Of a stretch of DNA of 64,000 nucleotides, positions 30,038-38,591 are shown piece by piece. Positions within the stretch are counted from its first letter, which is position 1. Every line of letters starts with the position of its first letter. This DNA is from Candidatus Cloacimonadota bacterium (lineage in GTDB: Bacteria; Cloacimonadota; Cloacimonadia; Cloacimonadales; Cloacimonadaceae). The stretch lies in contig DAOLWC010000002.1 in the NCBI GenBank assembly GCA_035420965.1, positions 970 to 64,969 on the forward strand. The letters are read 5' to 3'. The notes under the pieces were generated by a model. The model was not told the origin of the DNA. It saw nothing but the letters and a program-made list of their open reading frames with translations, and made no database searches. The position numbers were made by a program, and so were the translations under genes.

Positions 30038-30130
30038 GATAACCTCCTTGGGTTATTTCGTTTCTACAAGTATTACCAGAACGTAGGGAAAACCTTCACA
30101 GAATTTGGCAAATGAAACACCGCCAAACGA

Positions 30131-30155
30131 AAAGCCGCGTTTTTGGCGCGGCTTT
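30131..30155 (-). terminator. Intrinsic terminator after the gcvT-like gene
   Basis: aaagccgcg-N7-cgcggcttt hairpin about 20 nt after the stop. Confidence 0.7.
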
Positions 30156-30176
30156 GTTATCTGATGAGCTATATAC

Positions 30177-31553
30177 TTATAGATTCTCGATGTTTTTGAG
30201 TGGTTTTGGCGCGGTGGCGGGAGTGATGCCTTCCATGGTCAGGTAACCCAGGACGGGTGATCCCATGGGCTTGCCCCCGCCATCTTCGCGGAAGAACTGG
30301 ACGGGTACGCGGATAGCCTGACCATCATGTTCCGTAATCGGTTTCCCCTCACCGTCAACAGGGAAGGGATTGGCATACAACCAGGCCAAGCCAATGGCGG
30401 CTGTGCCATTCGGTTCGTTGACGTTCTTGCGGGATGAGCCGATTGCCTGTCTCATTTCCAGGCTGAGGTTGGGGGAGTTGATGCTCGAGGTGACAGTTCC
30501 AAGCCTCTTGCCGTCCAAATAGACTCCACGATTTGAGGCAATGCCTTCACTCACAAGGATCAGCAAAGCTTTGGTGGGGTTGGAATCCAGTTCTTTCTGC
30601 AGGGCTTCTTTGCCGATGAAGGATTCCTTGTCCATATCCACGCCGGCGGCGAAGAGGGGCGCGTTCAGGGGACTGTGATCTGGATCATACTCGCTGCCCA
30701 TCAGCGGAAGCCCGTGTGGCCCTGCCGACATCCGGTTCTCATCCCTGCCGCCCAGGCCGACCAGCAAGCCATCCAGATCCAAGGCCTTGCTTACTATGGC
30801 CTTAAAGTCCTCAGCCGCTTTGGCTGCCGGGATATACAATTCCCAGCCCCAACGATTTGTGTAGCCGGTTCTGCTGATATAATATTTGTGCCCGTCCCGC
30901 TCAAACTCGTTGAAGGTAAAAAAGCCCATGTTCTTTTCCGGGTTGTTGCGGTTCTTTAGCACGGCGTCGCCGTAGATGCTTTTAAGCAGCTTGAAAGACA
31001 GCGGCCCCTGGACGTCCACTTTTACCAATTGGTCGGAAATGTCTTTGGCCACCACATCTTCCCCATCCCGTTTCACGCTCATGATGCGGTCGATATCAGC
31101 GATGATTTCCTTGCCATCTTTTGACGCGGTGATATCGTGCCCGGCGTTGATGACAGCGATGTATTCCGTGTCAGACAGGCGCATCACGATCATGTCGTCC
31201 TGGACTCCACCCCGTTCATTGAGCAGAAGGGTGTATTTGCAAGCGCCCACCTTCATATCGCTCATCTTGCCGCCCAAAGCCCTGTCCAAAAGGGCCGGAG
31301 CGTCCGAGCCTGAGAAAAGCAACTGCGCCATGTGGTCGATGTTGTAAACTGCCACTCTGTTCACCGCGGCTGCTTCTTCCAGAACTGATGTCAGATAGTT
31401 CACAGCCATGCTATATTCGCCAAAATTGCTGCGCTTTGTAGCTTGCAGGGGCAGTCCCTTGCGTTGCGCCAGCAAAGGCAGATACCAGTTTTCCTCCAGT
31501 TCATAGAGGAAAGTCTTGCGAGGGTTGGCGGGAAAGTCGAATCCAAGTTTCAT
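30177..31553 (-). CDS. gcvT: Aminomethyltransferase, GcvT family
   Basis: R.T.LY, HM, YT.LLNE.GG..DD, INAG, VQGP, SRTGYT...G.EL, GLGGRD..R, FIGKEAL; divergent with insertions. Confidence 0.7.
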   Translation of the reverse strand: MKLGFDFPANPRKTFLYELEENWYLPLLAQRKGLPLQATKRSNFGEYSMAVNYLTSVLEEAAAVNRVAVYNIDHMAQLLFSGSDAPALLDRALGGKMSDMKVGACKYTLLLNERGGVQDDMIVMRLSDTEYIAVINAGHDITASKDGKEIIADIDRIMSVKRDGEDVVAKDISDQLVKVDVQGPLSFKLLKSIYGDAVLKNRNNPEKNMGFFTFNEFERDGHKYYISRTGYTNRWGWELYIPAAKAAEDFKAIVSKALDLDGLLVGLGGRDENRMSAGPHGLPLMGSEYDPDHSPLNAPLFAAGVDMDKESFIGKEALQKELDSNPTKALLILVSEGIASNRGVYLDGKRLGTVTSSINSPNLSLEMRQAIGSSRKNVNEPNGTAAIGLAWLYANPFPVDGEGKPITEHDGQAIRVPVQFFREDGGGKPMGSPVLGYLTMEGITPATAPKPLKNIENL

Positions 31554-31594
31554 TGTAATCTCCTTTTATTCTATATATCTAATGTTAAAGATGT

Positions 31595-33178
31595 TCACAG
31601 CCCCTCCGAAAAGACCACCCTGCCCCCGATCATGGTAAGCAAAGATTTCGCCTCCAGCCAATACTCATCGGGGAGGTTGGTGAAGTCCTCCAAAACGATC
31701 ATATCCGCCACTTTGCCGGGGCGCAGGGAACCAGCGTAGTGATGGGAATCGGAACCCTTTGCCGCGCCGAGAGTGTAGGCGTGCAGTGCATCCCAGGCGG
31801 AAAGCCTTTGCCAGGGAAGCCAGCTTGGTTGCCTGGGGTCATTGCCCTTTTTCCTGTTAAGCGCGCAATAGATACCCTGAAAAGGATTGATGGTTTCGAT
31901 GGGTGAATCCGATCCGAAACCAAAGGGGATACCCTGTTCCTTGACCGAACGGAACGAATAGGCATAGTCTCTGATGGGAGACCAGTATTCCTCTATCATA
32001 TCAATATCATTGGCGAGATGGATGGGTTGCATGGCGCAATAGGCAGAGCTTTCCTTCAGCCTCTGGATATCCTCGGGAAGGATGGACTGGAGGTGTTCCA
32101 CGCGTTGCAACAGATTCGGATACTGGCCTTTCAACCTGAGGAAAGCGCCAATCACGGAACGCACCGCGCGAACCCCGATGGCATGCACAGAGCAGGAAAT
32201 CCCCGCCCGCGCGGCCTTGACGCCAAGCTCATACAACTCATCTTCACTATAGCGCAGTATGCCTCTGTTGCCTTCTGAGCCGGGATAGCAATGATCGACA
32301 GCCGCTGTCCTGGAACCAAGCGAGCCATCGGCAAAGACCTTGACCCCCCCTGTCTTGAACCACTCATTCCCTTCATAAGACCGCCGCCCTTTTTCTATCA
32401 TTTCATCCAGCAGCTCAAGCGGAAAATGCCAACAAACGCGGATGCCCCGCTCCTCATTGGCCAGGGTTGAGAGTATCCGGACGCTGGATTCAGACTCCAT
32501 GGAATGTATGGAAGCCAATCCCAGCTTGTGGGCTGTGGCGATGCTTGCCCTCACCAGATTCGATATCTGTTCGGCAGAAGGTTGTTCAATAAACTTGTCC
32601 AAAGCCTCTGAAGCCGCCTCAGACACTATTCCCGTGGGCTCGTTCTGGCTGTTTCTCCAAATCTTTCCCCCGGCGGGATCGGGTGTGTCGCTGGAAATGC
32701 CTGCCAGCTTCAAGGCCAGTGAATTGCACCAGCGGCTGTGGTAATCCTTGCTGTAAAGCGCCACCGGAATGTGGGGAAAGTATTCGTCCAGCAGATCACG
32801 CTTGATCAATTCCGGCATATCGCAACGATTGGCGTCCCAGCCTCCACCCAGTATCCAGCAAGGGCTTTCCTGACGCGAGTCCCGGAAAGATGCCAGACGC
32901 TCTTTTATAGACGCGATGGTGTTACAATCCACCAGATCAACCTGTAGTTGCAATTTGGCCCACTCCACGAAATGCGTGTGAGTGTCCGTAAACGCGGGTA
33001 ACAACGCCCTCCCGCCGATATCGATTATCTCCGTGTTGGAGGAACTGGCAGACCGGCACTCGGACAGGGAACCCAAGAGGGAGATCACTCCATCCTTCAC
33101 CAGTAGCGAATTGTGGATGCTCGGGCCCTGGTTGTCCATGCAAAAGATCAGGGCGTTAGTGAAAATGTAGTTCTTCAA
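31595..33178 (-). CDS. Amidohydrolase_3 (YtcJ-like) metal-dependent hydrolase
   Basis: PAF.D.HTH, K.F.DGSLGSRTA, HAIG, RVEH.Q, FGSD.P, G.L..GK.AD. Confidence 0.9.
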   Translation of the reverse strand: MKNYIFTNALIFCMDNQGPSIHNSLLVKDGVISLLGSLSECRSASSSNTEIIDIGGRALLPAFTDTHTHFVEWAKLQLQVDLVDCNTIASIKERLASFRDSRQESPCWILGGGWDANRCDMPELIKRDLLDEYFPHIPVALYSKDYHSRWCNSLALKLAGISSDTPDPAGGKIWRNSQNEPTGIVSEAASEALDKFIEQPSAEQISNLVRASIATAHKLGLASIHSMESESSVRILSTLANEERGIRVCWHFPLELLDEMIEKGRRSYEGNEWFKTGGVKVFADGSLGSRTAAVDHCYPGSEGNRGILRYSEDELYELGVKAARAGISCSVHAIGVRAVRSVIGAFLRLKGQYPNLLQRVEHLQSILPEDIQRLKESSAYCAMQPIHLANDIDMIEEYWSPIRDYAYSFRSVKEQGIPFGFGSDSPIETINPFQGIYCALNRKKGNDPRQPSWLPWQRLSAWDALHAYTLGAAKGSDSHHYAGSLRPGKVADMIVLEDFTNLPDEYWLEAKSLLTMIGGRVVFSEGL

Positions 33179-34274
33179 GGATAACTTCCAATGCTTGTTT
33201 TAACTCGTCCAGCGGGACGGCATAGTTCAGCCTCAGCCACGACCTGCCCATCTCTCCGAAAGCGCTGCCGGGAACCGTGATCACTCCCTTGCGGGCAAGC
33301 TCCTGGGCCACAGCGACATCATCGCCCCCCACCTGTAACAGGCAATAGGGCGTGGCGGAGGGTAAATAAAACTTAATCCCGCTGCCTGACAGGCGCTCTT
33401 TTACGACAGATCTGCTCTCTTTAAGGCTATCCAAAACCTCAATCGCGGCAAGCGAGCCTTGGGGAGAAAGGGCAAATTCCGCCAGCTTTTGCGAGAGCCA
33501 GTTGCTGCAGGTGGAGACATATTGCCGCGCCTTGACCACCGCTGAGATTATGCCTTGGGGAAACAAACCCCAGCCAAGCCTCCATCCGCTCATACAGTGA
33601 GATTTTGACAAACCGCCGATGATGATGAGCCGCGACGCGTGCCGGGCATCCCAAAACGACACTGGGGCTGCGTCAAAATACAGCCCGAGATAGATTTCGT
33701 CCACTATCAAGATCAACTGGTGCTTCACGCAGATATCAAGCAGATGCAAAATCCCCGCCCCGGAAAAGACGTGTCCGGTTGGATTACCAGGATTGCTCAG
33801 GATCAGGGCTTTCACTCCTTCGCCAAGCTTGCTTTCCCACAGAGATAAGTCTGCAGATTGCAGATCGGCGCTGTAAGGCAGCCTGACTATGTCCGCTCCC
33901 ATGATCCTGCCGATATTGGGATAAGCGCTGTAGTCGGGATCGGGAATTGCCATCCTGTCTCCCGGTTCCAGCAGCGCAAGCAAGGCCACGAAGATGGCTT
34001 CCTCCGCCCCGTTGCAGACGCATACGTTGTCCGGCGAAGAGCCCGGATAAAACTGGGAAATTGCCTGGCGCAGCTCTGGCAGGCCGGCATTGGGGGTATA
34101 GACGGGAGTTCCCTCCCGCAAAAGAGCGATGGCTTTTTGCCTCAAAACATCTGGCAGGGGGAAGCCCAGTTCGCCCAGGGCAAGGTTGACCGCTCCCCGC
34201 GGCGCTTCCTGGGTCATGCGCCTGATCAGGGAAAGTTCGATCCCGTCCAGCCGGCTCGCTTCAGTCAACAACAC
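33156..34274 (-). CDS. PLP-dependent class I/II aminotransferase, candidate acyl-diaminopimelate aminotransferase
   Basis: NL.LGE, YT.NAG..ELR, NPGNPTG, DEIY, GLSK...M.GWRLGW; overlaps dapD. Confidence 0.8.
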   Translation of the reverse strand: MLLTEASRLDGIELSLIRRMTQEAPRGAVNLALGELGFPLPDVLRQKAIALLREGTPVYTPNAGLPELRQAISQFYPGSSPDNVCVCNGAEEAIFVALLALLEPGDRMAIPDPDYSAYPNIGRIMGADIVRLPYSADLQSADLSLWESKLGEGVKALILSNPGNPTGHVFSGAGILHLLDICVKHQLILIVDEIYLGLYFDAAPVSFWDARHASRLIIIGGLSKSHCMSGWRLGWGLFPQGIISAVVKARQYVSTCSNWLSQKLAEFALSPQGSLAAIEVLDSLKESRSVVKERLSGSGIKFYLPSATPYCLLQVGGDDVAVAQELARKGVITVPGSAFGEMGRSWLRLNYAVPLDELKQALEVILEELHFH

Positions 34275-35085
34275 TGCGCAGTTCCATCTCCAACTGCACG
34301 GATTTATCTGTCTTGGCGTCCCGGTATTTGATTATAATGGGGCAATAAACATGAAATCCCGGATTATCTTTCATCTGCCTGCTGCCCGGAACCAAGACCG
34401 CTCCGGCGGGGATGGTGAAAGAACCGCCCGGATCCCTTGGCAGAAACTCTTTGCGTACCGCGTCATACACTGGCGTCGAGGCTGTAAGAATGGTTCCGGA
34501 AGCTATAACAGCCTTATTTTGGACTATAATTCCCTCGTAGATGCCAGTATTGCCGCCCACAAACACATCATCCTCGATCACCACAGGCCTGGAACCTATC
34601 GGCTCCAATACTCCCCCGATCATTGCCCCGGCCGACAGATGCACATTTTTGCCGATTTGCGCGCAGGAGCCCACTAAGGCATGTGAATCCACCAAAGAAC
34701 CGCTATCCACCCAAGCGCCGATATTGATGAACGCCGGGGGCATGATAGCCACTCCGGGCGCCACATAAGCCCCGGCCCTGGCAGATGACCCACCGGGGAC
34801 GATCCTGACCTGGTGCGAGAGCAGGAAAGATTTCTCGGGCAGGGTGTCTTTGTCGAAAAAGAGCTTGCCTTCCCCTCGCGGATAAGTGGTCAGTTTACCC
34901 ATCCTGAATCCGATCAGGATACCCATCTTGACCCACTGGTTCACTATCCAGGAGGAGCCATCGGGTTCGCAGGCGCGGATTCTGCCCTCGTCGAGGGCTT
35001 GCAGAAAGTCCTGATACAGGTTCTGTTCCGCTTCTGTGTAGCTATCTGGCTTGGCTTGATACAGTGAGATAATCGATTCTTTCAT
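34261..35085 (-). CDS. dapD: Tetrahydrodipicolinate N-succinyltransferase
   Basis: LD.G.IR, VNQWVK..IL..F, VRIVP, N.GA.VD, VGSCAQIG.NVHLS, IGGVLEP. Confidence 0.93.
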   Translation of the reverse strand: MKESIISLYQAKPDSYTEAEQNLYQDFLQALDEGRIRACEPDGSSWIVNQWVKMGILIGFRMGKLTTYPRGEGKLFFDKDTLPEKSFLLSHQVRIVPGGSSARAGAYVAPGVAIMPPAFINIGAWVDSGSLVDSHALVGSCAQIGKNVHLSAGAMIGGVLEPIGSRPVVIEDDVFVGGNTGIYEGIIVQNKAVIASGTILTASTPVYDAVRKEFLPRDPGGSFTIPAGAVLVPGSRQMKDNPGFHVYCPIIIKYRDAKTDKSVQLEMELRSVVD

Positions 35086-35088
35086 TGT

Positions 35089-36249
35089 TTATACCTCATA
35101 TATTGCCGCTTTCATGCGCGACAGCGCCTGCCCGAGGATTGACCTCTGGCAGGCAAAATTTATCCTGACAAAGCTGCTGTCTCCGAACTTTGAACCGGGG
35201 TCGAGGCCCAGATGAGCCTTGTTGACCAACAGCTTCATGAGTTGCTCTTCATCCAGTCCCAGTCCGCTGTAATCCATCCAGCCCAGATAAGTGCATTGCG
35301 GGCGTGCCATGCGCAGCTCTGGAAAGTCCTTCGCCAATACCTCGATCAGCAAATCGCGGTTGCCCTGCAGGTAGCCCACCAACTGCCTCAGCCATTCCCG
35401 GGAATCCCGCCAGGCGGCGATCAGGGCCTCGATCCCAAAGCTGTTTCCCACATGCAGGTGCAGTTTCATGATCAGACTGTCCAACTCTTTTCTCATCACC
35501 GGGTCTTTCACGACCAAGACCGCGCTGGACAAGCCTGCCACATTGAAAGACTTGGCAGGAGAGAAACAACAGACGGAGTGATCCGCGAAATCCTCCACAG
35601 CTCCATACGATAAAAAGGTCTGGCCGTCATACACGATATCCGCGTGGATCTCGTCGCTCACAACCTTCACCCCATACTTCACGCACAGCCTTCCCATGCG
35701 CTTCAGTTCCTGCTCGCTCCACAACCTGCCCACCGGATTGTGGGGATTGCAGAGAATGAACATCCTGGCTTGGGCAAGCTTGCGCTCAAAATCCTCCCAA
35801 TCGATCTGCCAGTGATTTTCCTGAAAGACCAGCGGATTGGTCAGCAGCCTGCGCCCGTTCAGGCGCACGGCGTCAAAAAAGGGGCCATAGACAGGCGTTT
35901 GGATCAATATGGGATCATTAGGTTCGGTAAACTGCAACACTGCCAGATTGATGCCAGGCACGATTCCCGGGCTGGTCAGAATCCACTCTTCCCCGATCTT
36001 GAACCCATATTCCCTGGCAATCCAGTTCGCCGCCACTTCATAAAAGACTGGCAGGCGGAAGTTGTAGCCGAAGATACCATGATCCAGCCTGCTTTGCAGG
36101 GCAGCCCGGATGGCCGGCGCCACCTCGAACTCCATATCCGCCACCCAGAGGGGGAGCAGGTCTTCGCGTCCGTAAATCAGTTTCAGGCCGTCATGCTTGA
36201 AACAGCCTGTGCCCCGCCGTTGCGTTATCTTGTCAAAATCATATTTCAT
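35089..36249 (-). CDS. MalY/PatB family PLP-dependent C-S lyase
   Basis: R.GT...K.D, LPLWVADM.F, LCNPHNP.GR, SDEIH.D, SP.K.FN.AGL, YL.W.D. Confidence 0.9.
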   Translation of the reverse strand: MKYDFDKITQRRGTGCFKHDGLKLIYGREDLLPLWVADMEFEVAPAIRAALQSRLDHGIFGYNFRLPVFYEVAANWIAREYGFKIGEEWILTSPGIVPGINLAVLQFTEPNDPILIQTPVYGPFFDAVRLNGRRLLTNPLVFQENHWQIDWEDFERKLAQARMFILCNPHNPVGRLWSEQELKRMGRLCVKYGVKVVSDEIHADIVYDGQTFLSYGAVEDFADHSVCCFSPAKSFNVAGLSSAVLVVKDPVMRKELDSLIMKLHLHVGNSFGIEALIAAWRDSREWLRQLVGYLQGNRDLLIEVLAKDFPELRMARPQCTYLGWMDYSGLGLDEEQLMKLLVNKAHLGLDPGSKFGDSSFVRINFACQRSILGQALSRMKAAIYEV

Positions 36250-36746
36250 ACTGATTCGCTCTGTTCGGAGTCTTTTACCCTCTGCATCACCTGAACCAGC
36301 TTGGCGAGCTCGTCGTTCATCTGTATCTGGGGACAAAGATCCGCGATATTATACATTATCTCCAGCATCTTGGGAAAGGAGGCGTTGGTCTTGAATACCC
36401 TGTCCCTTCCCCTGGAGTCGGTATATTTCAGATACACATAATAGGTAATGGATTTGCGGAACTCCATGCCCTGTATCCTCTCATAGGGGATGGCGATGGA
36501 GGGTCTCAATATAAAGCGCAGCCACAGGCATTCTGGGGCGAATATCACGCTGTTCAGGTTGGTCAGATGGCGCACCGCGGTGTCCATAGCGATAAACAGA
36601 ACCACCAGGGGGAGTATCCTGAAAAACGCAGGCGTCTCGGAGCTAATCCGGTTGAAGAGCACCCACAGGCACCAGGCCGCGACAGCTATTGAGATGGCCA
36701 GAAAGGGAAGCCGGGACAGGGGATGGAGCCGGTAACGGACAGGCAT
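36246..36746 (-). CDS. Hypothetical two-TM membrane protein
   Basis: Two hydrophobic helices; stop overlaps the malY start; fills the operon gap. Confidence 0.7.
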   Translation of the reverse strand: MPVRYRLHPLSRLPFLAISIAVAAWCLWVLFNRISSETPAFFRILPLVVLFIAMDTAVRHLTNLNSVIFAPECLWLRFILRPSIAIPYERIQGMEFRKSITYYVYLKYTDSRGRDRVFKTNASFPKMLEIMYNIADLCPQIQMNDELAKLVQVMQRVKDSEQSESV

Positions 36747-36769
36747 CCTGCCTTTAACGGACGAGATAT

Positions 36770-37627
36770 TCAGACGGCGCGGCAACTGTATTCCCTCCAC
36801 ATCCGGTTCACGCTGGCCAAAACCTCCCCGCTGGCTGGAACGCCATCAAAGAGGTTGTGCCGGTCCTGCTCGCCGTGGAAGTCGCTGCCTGCGGTCATAT
36901 ACAGGCCGTTCTTCAGGCAGATGTTGGTAAACTCGTCCACCTCGAACTTATAATGGTCAGGATGCCACACCTCCAGCCCGTCGATACCCATGGCAATGAA
37001 TTTTTCCACGTAGGCGGGTTTCGTCAGCTTGCCGGGATGGGCCACGATGGCCAGTCCTCCGGCGGCATGGATGATCCTGACCACTTCCTGGACGCCCACT
37101 TCCGGCTTGGCGCTGTAGGCGGGCTTATTGTTGCCGATATACTTGTCGAAAGCCTCGTTTTTGGAGGACACATAACCGCGGTTCACCAAAATTTGGGCGA
37201 TATGGGGACGCACGATCAGTTCACGGCTGCCGGCCACTTTCACGACCTCTTCCAGCGTGATCTCCATACCCAGTTCCCTGAGCTTGGAAATCATGCGGAT
37301 AGCCCGTTCCCGCCTGCCGGTCAGATACATCTCGGTCAATTCCTTCATCTGCTGGTGGTGACTGTCGTAGCCATAGGCCAGAATATGCACGTCATCGCCT
37401 TCATGATGGGAACTGATCTCGATTCCGGGTATGATGCGCAGAGGCGAAACATCCTCCGGCAGCTGCTTGTAGGCATCGAATGTATCGTGGTCTGTGATCG
37501 AGATCAGATCCAGGCCGATCTGTTGCGAGCGCCTGATCAGCTCCAAAGGGCTGAGCACTCCATCCGATACGTTGGTATGCAGATGCAGGTTGATGCGTTT
37601 GATGGGGTCTATTTCTTTTACTATCAT
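36770..37627 (-). CDS. PHP domain phosphoesterase (TrpH/YciV-like)
   Basis: LHLHT..SDG, ITDHDT, GIEIS, HIL.Y, RPH, AHP, GSDFHG. Confidence 0.92.
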   Translation of the reverse strand: MIVKEIDPIKRINLHLHTNVSDGVLSPLELIRRSQQIGLDLISITDHDTFDAYKQLPEDVSPLRIIPGIEISSHHEGDDVHILAYGYDSHHQQMKELTEMYLTGRRERAIRMISKLRELGMEITLEEVVKVAGSRELIVRPHIAQILVNRGYVSSKNEAFDKYIGNNKPAYSAKPEVGVQEVVRIIHAAGGLAIVAHPGKLTKPAYVEKFIAMGIDGLEVWHPDHYKFEVDEFTNICLKNGLYMTAGSDFHGEQDRHNLFDGVPASGEVLASVNRMWREYSCRAV

Positions 37628-37738
37628 AATTTCTTTTCTATTGACGTAATTCTGGCTGTCGTAAAACCGTCAATAAGTTTTTTGCCCGATTTGGCGGGTG
37701 GTTTTTGCTATCCGTCCGCCGCCGTTTGGAGTATGACA

Positions 37739-38524
37739 ATGCAATATGAACCCATCAAAGACCGCGTCTCGGGGATGATCAGGATCTTCCCCGCCGCGAG
37801 GCTGTGTTTCTACCGCCTGCTCGACCTCTTTCTGCTGCGCCAGCGCTATGTGAAAAGGCAGATGAACCGCCACTGCGCGGGCCGCCAGAAACTCCGCTAT
37901 TACGATGCCGGAGCCGGATTCTGCCAATATTCCTGGTATGTGTTGAACAAGTGGAGCTACTCCACCGTATTTGCCTCCGACCTCAAGGGGGACTACCTTG
38001 ACGATTTTGCCCATTTCCTGCCGGGAAACATGGCCGGCAGGTTTTCCCACCGCCCCGCCGACCTCCAGTTTTTCAAGCCGGAAAAGGAGTTCGACCTCGT
38101 TACCGCGATCGACATCCTGGAACACATCGAGGACGACATGGCTGTTTTGAAAAACTTCCACGCCTGCCTCGCGGAGAACGGACTGCTTATCATCTCCACC
38201 CCCTCGGACAGCGACCCGGCTGCCAAATTCACCGCCGAACACGTGCGCCCCGGTTATGGCAAAGCGGAACTAGAGGCCAGGCTTGGCGCCTGCGGGTTCC
38301 GAATCCAGTCCAGCCTTTACAGCTATGGCCCCCTGGGCAGCCTGGCCTGGCGCTGGCTCATCAAACGCCCTCTCAGCCTGATCTCCCGCTCCAAACTCTT
38401 CCTGCTGGCGCTACCTATCTACTACCTGCCCGTCTTCCCCATCGCGCAATTGCTTATGGCGCTGGATCTGCGCCTGAACAACAAGCGTGGCACCGGGCTG
38501 ATAATCGTAGCCCAAAAAGCTTGA
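37739..38524 (+). CDS. Class I SAM-dependent methyltransferase
   Basis: YYDAGAGFC, FDLV.AIDILEHIEDD, L..NG.LIISTP; GGAG RBS at 37728. Confidence 0.85.
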   Translation: MQYEPIKDRVSGMIRIFPAARLCFYRLLDLFLLRQRYVKRQMNRHCAGRQKLRYYDAGAGFCQYSWYVLNKWSYSTVFASDLKGDYLDDFAHFLPGNMAGRFSHRPADLQFFKPEKEFDLVTAIDILEHIEDDMAVLKNFHACLAENGLLIISTPSDSDPAAKFTAEHVRPGYGKAELEARLGACGFRIQSSLYSYGPLGSLAWRWLIKRPLSLISRSKLFLLALPIYYLPVFPIAQLLMALDLRLNNKRGTGLIIVAQKA

Positions 38525-38526
38525 GC

Positions 38527-38563
38527 AAAAAGGAAGCCGGGCTTCGCTCTGAAACCCGGCTCC
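38527..38563 (-). terminator. Intrinsic terminator between the convergent methyltransferase and sppA
   Basis: agccggg...cccggct stem flanked by an A5 run (U-tract on the minus strand). Confidence 0.65.
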
Positions 38564-38591
38564 AATATGGCTTGCAAGCTGGTCTGCCAGC

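Noticed and set aside
36857-37732. N-terminal 292 aa of the 555-aa ORF
   Set aside because: Antisense shadow of the PHP gene; the methyltransferase starts at about 37739.
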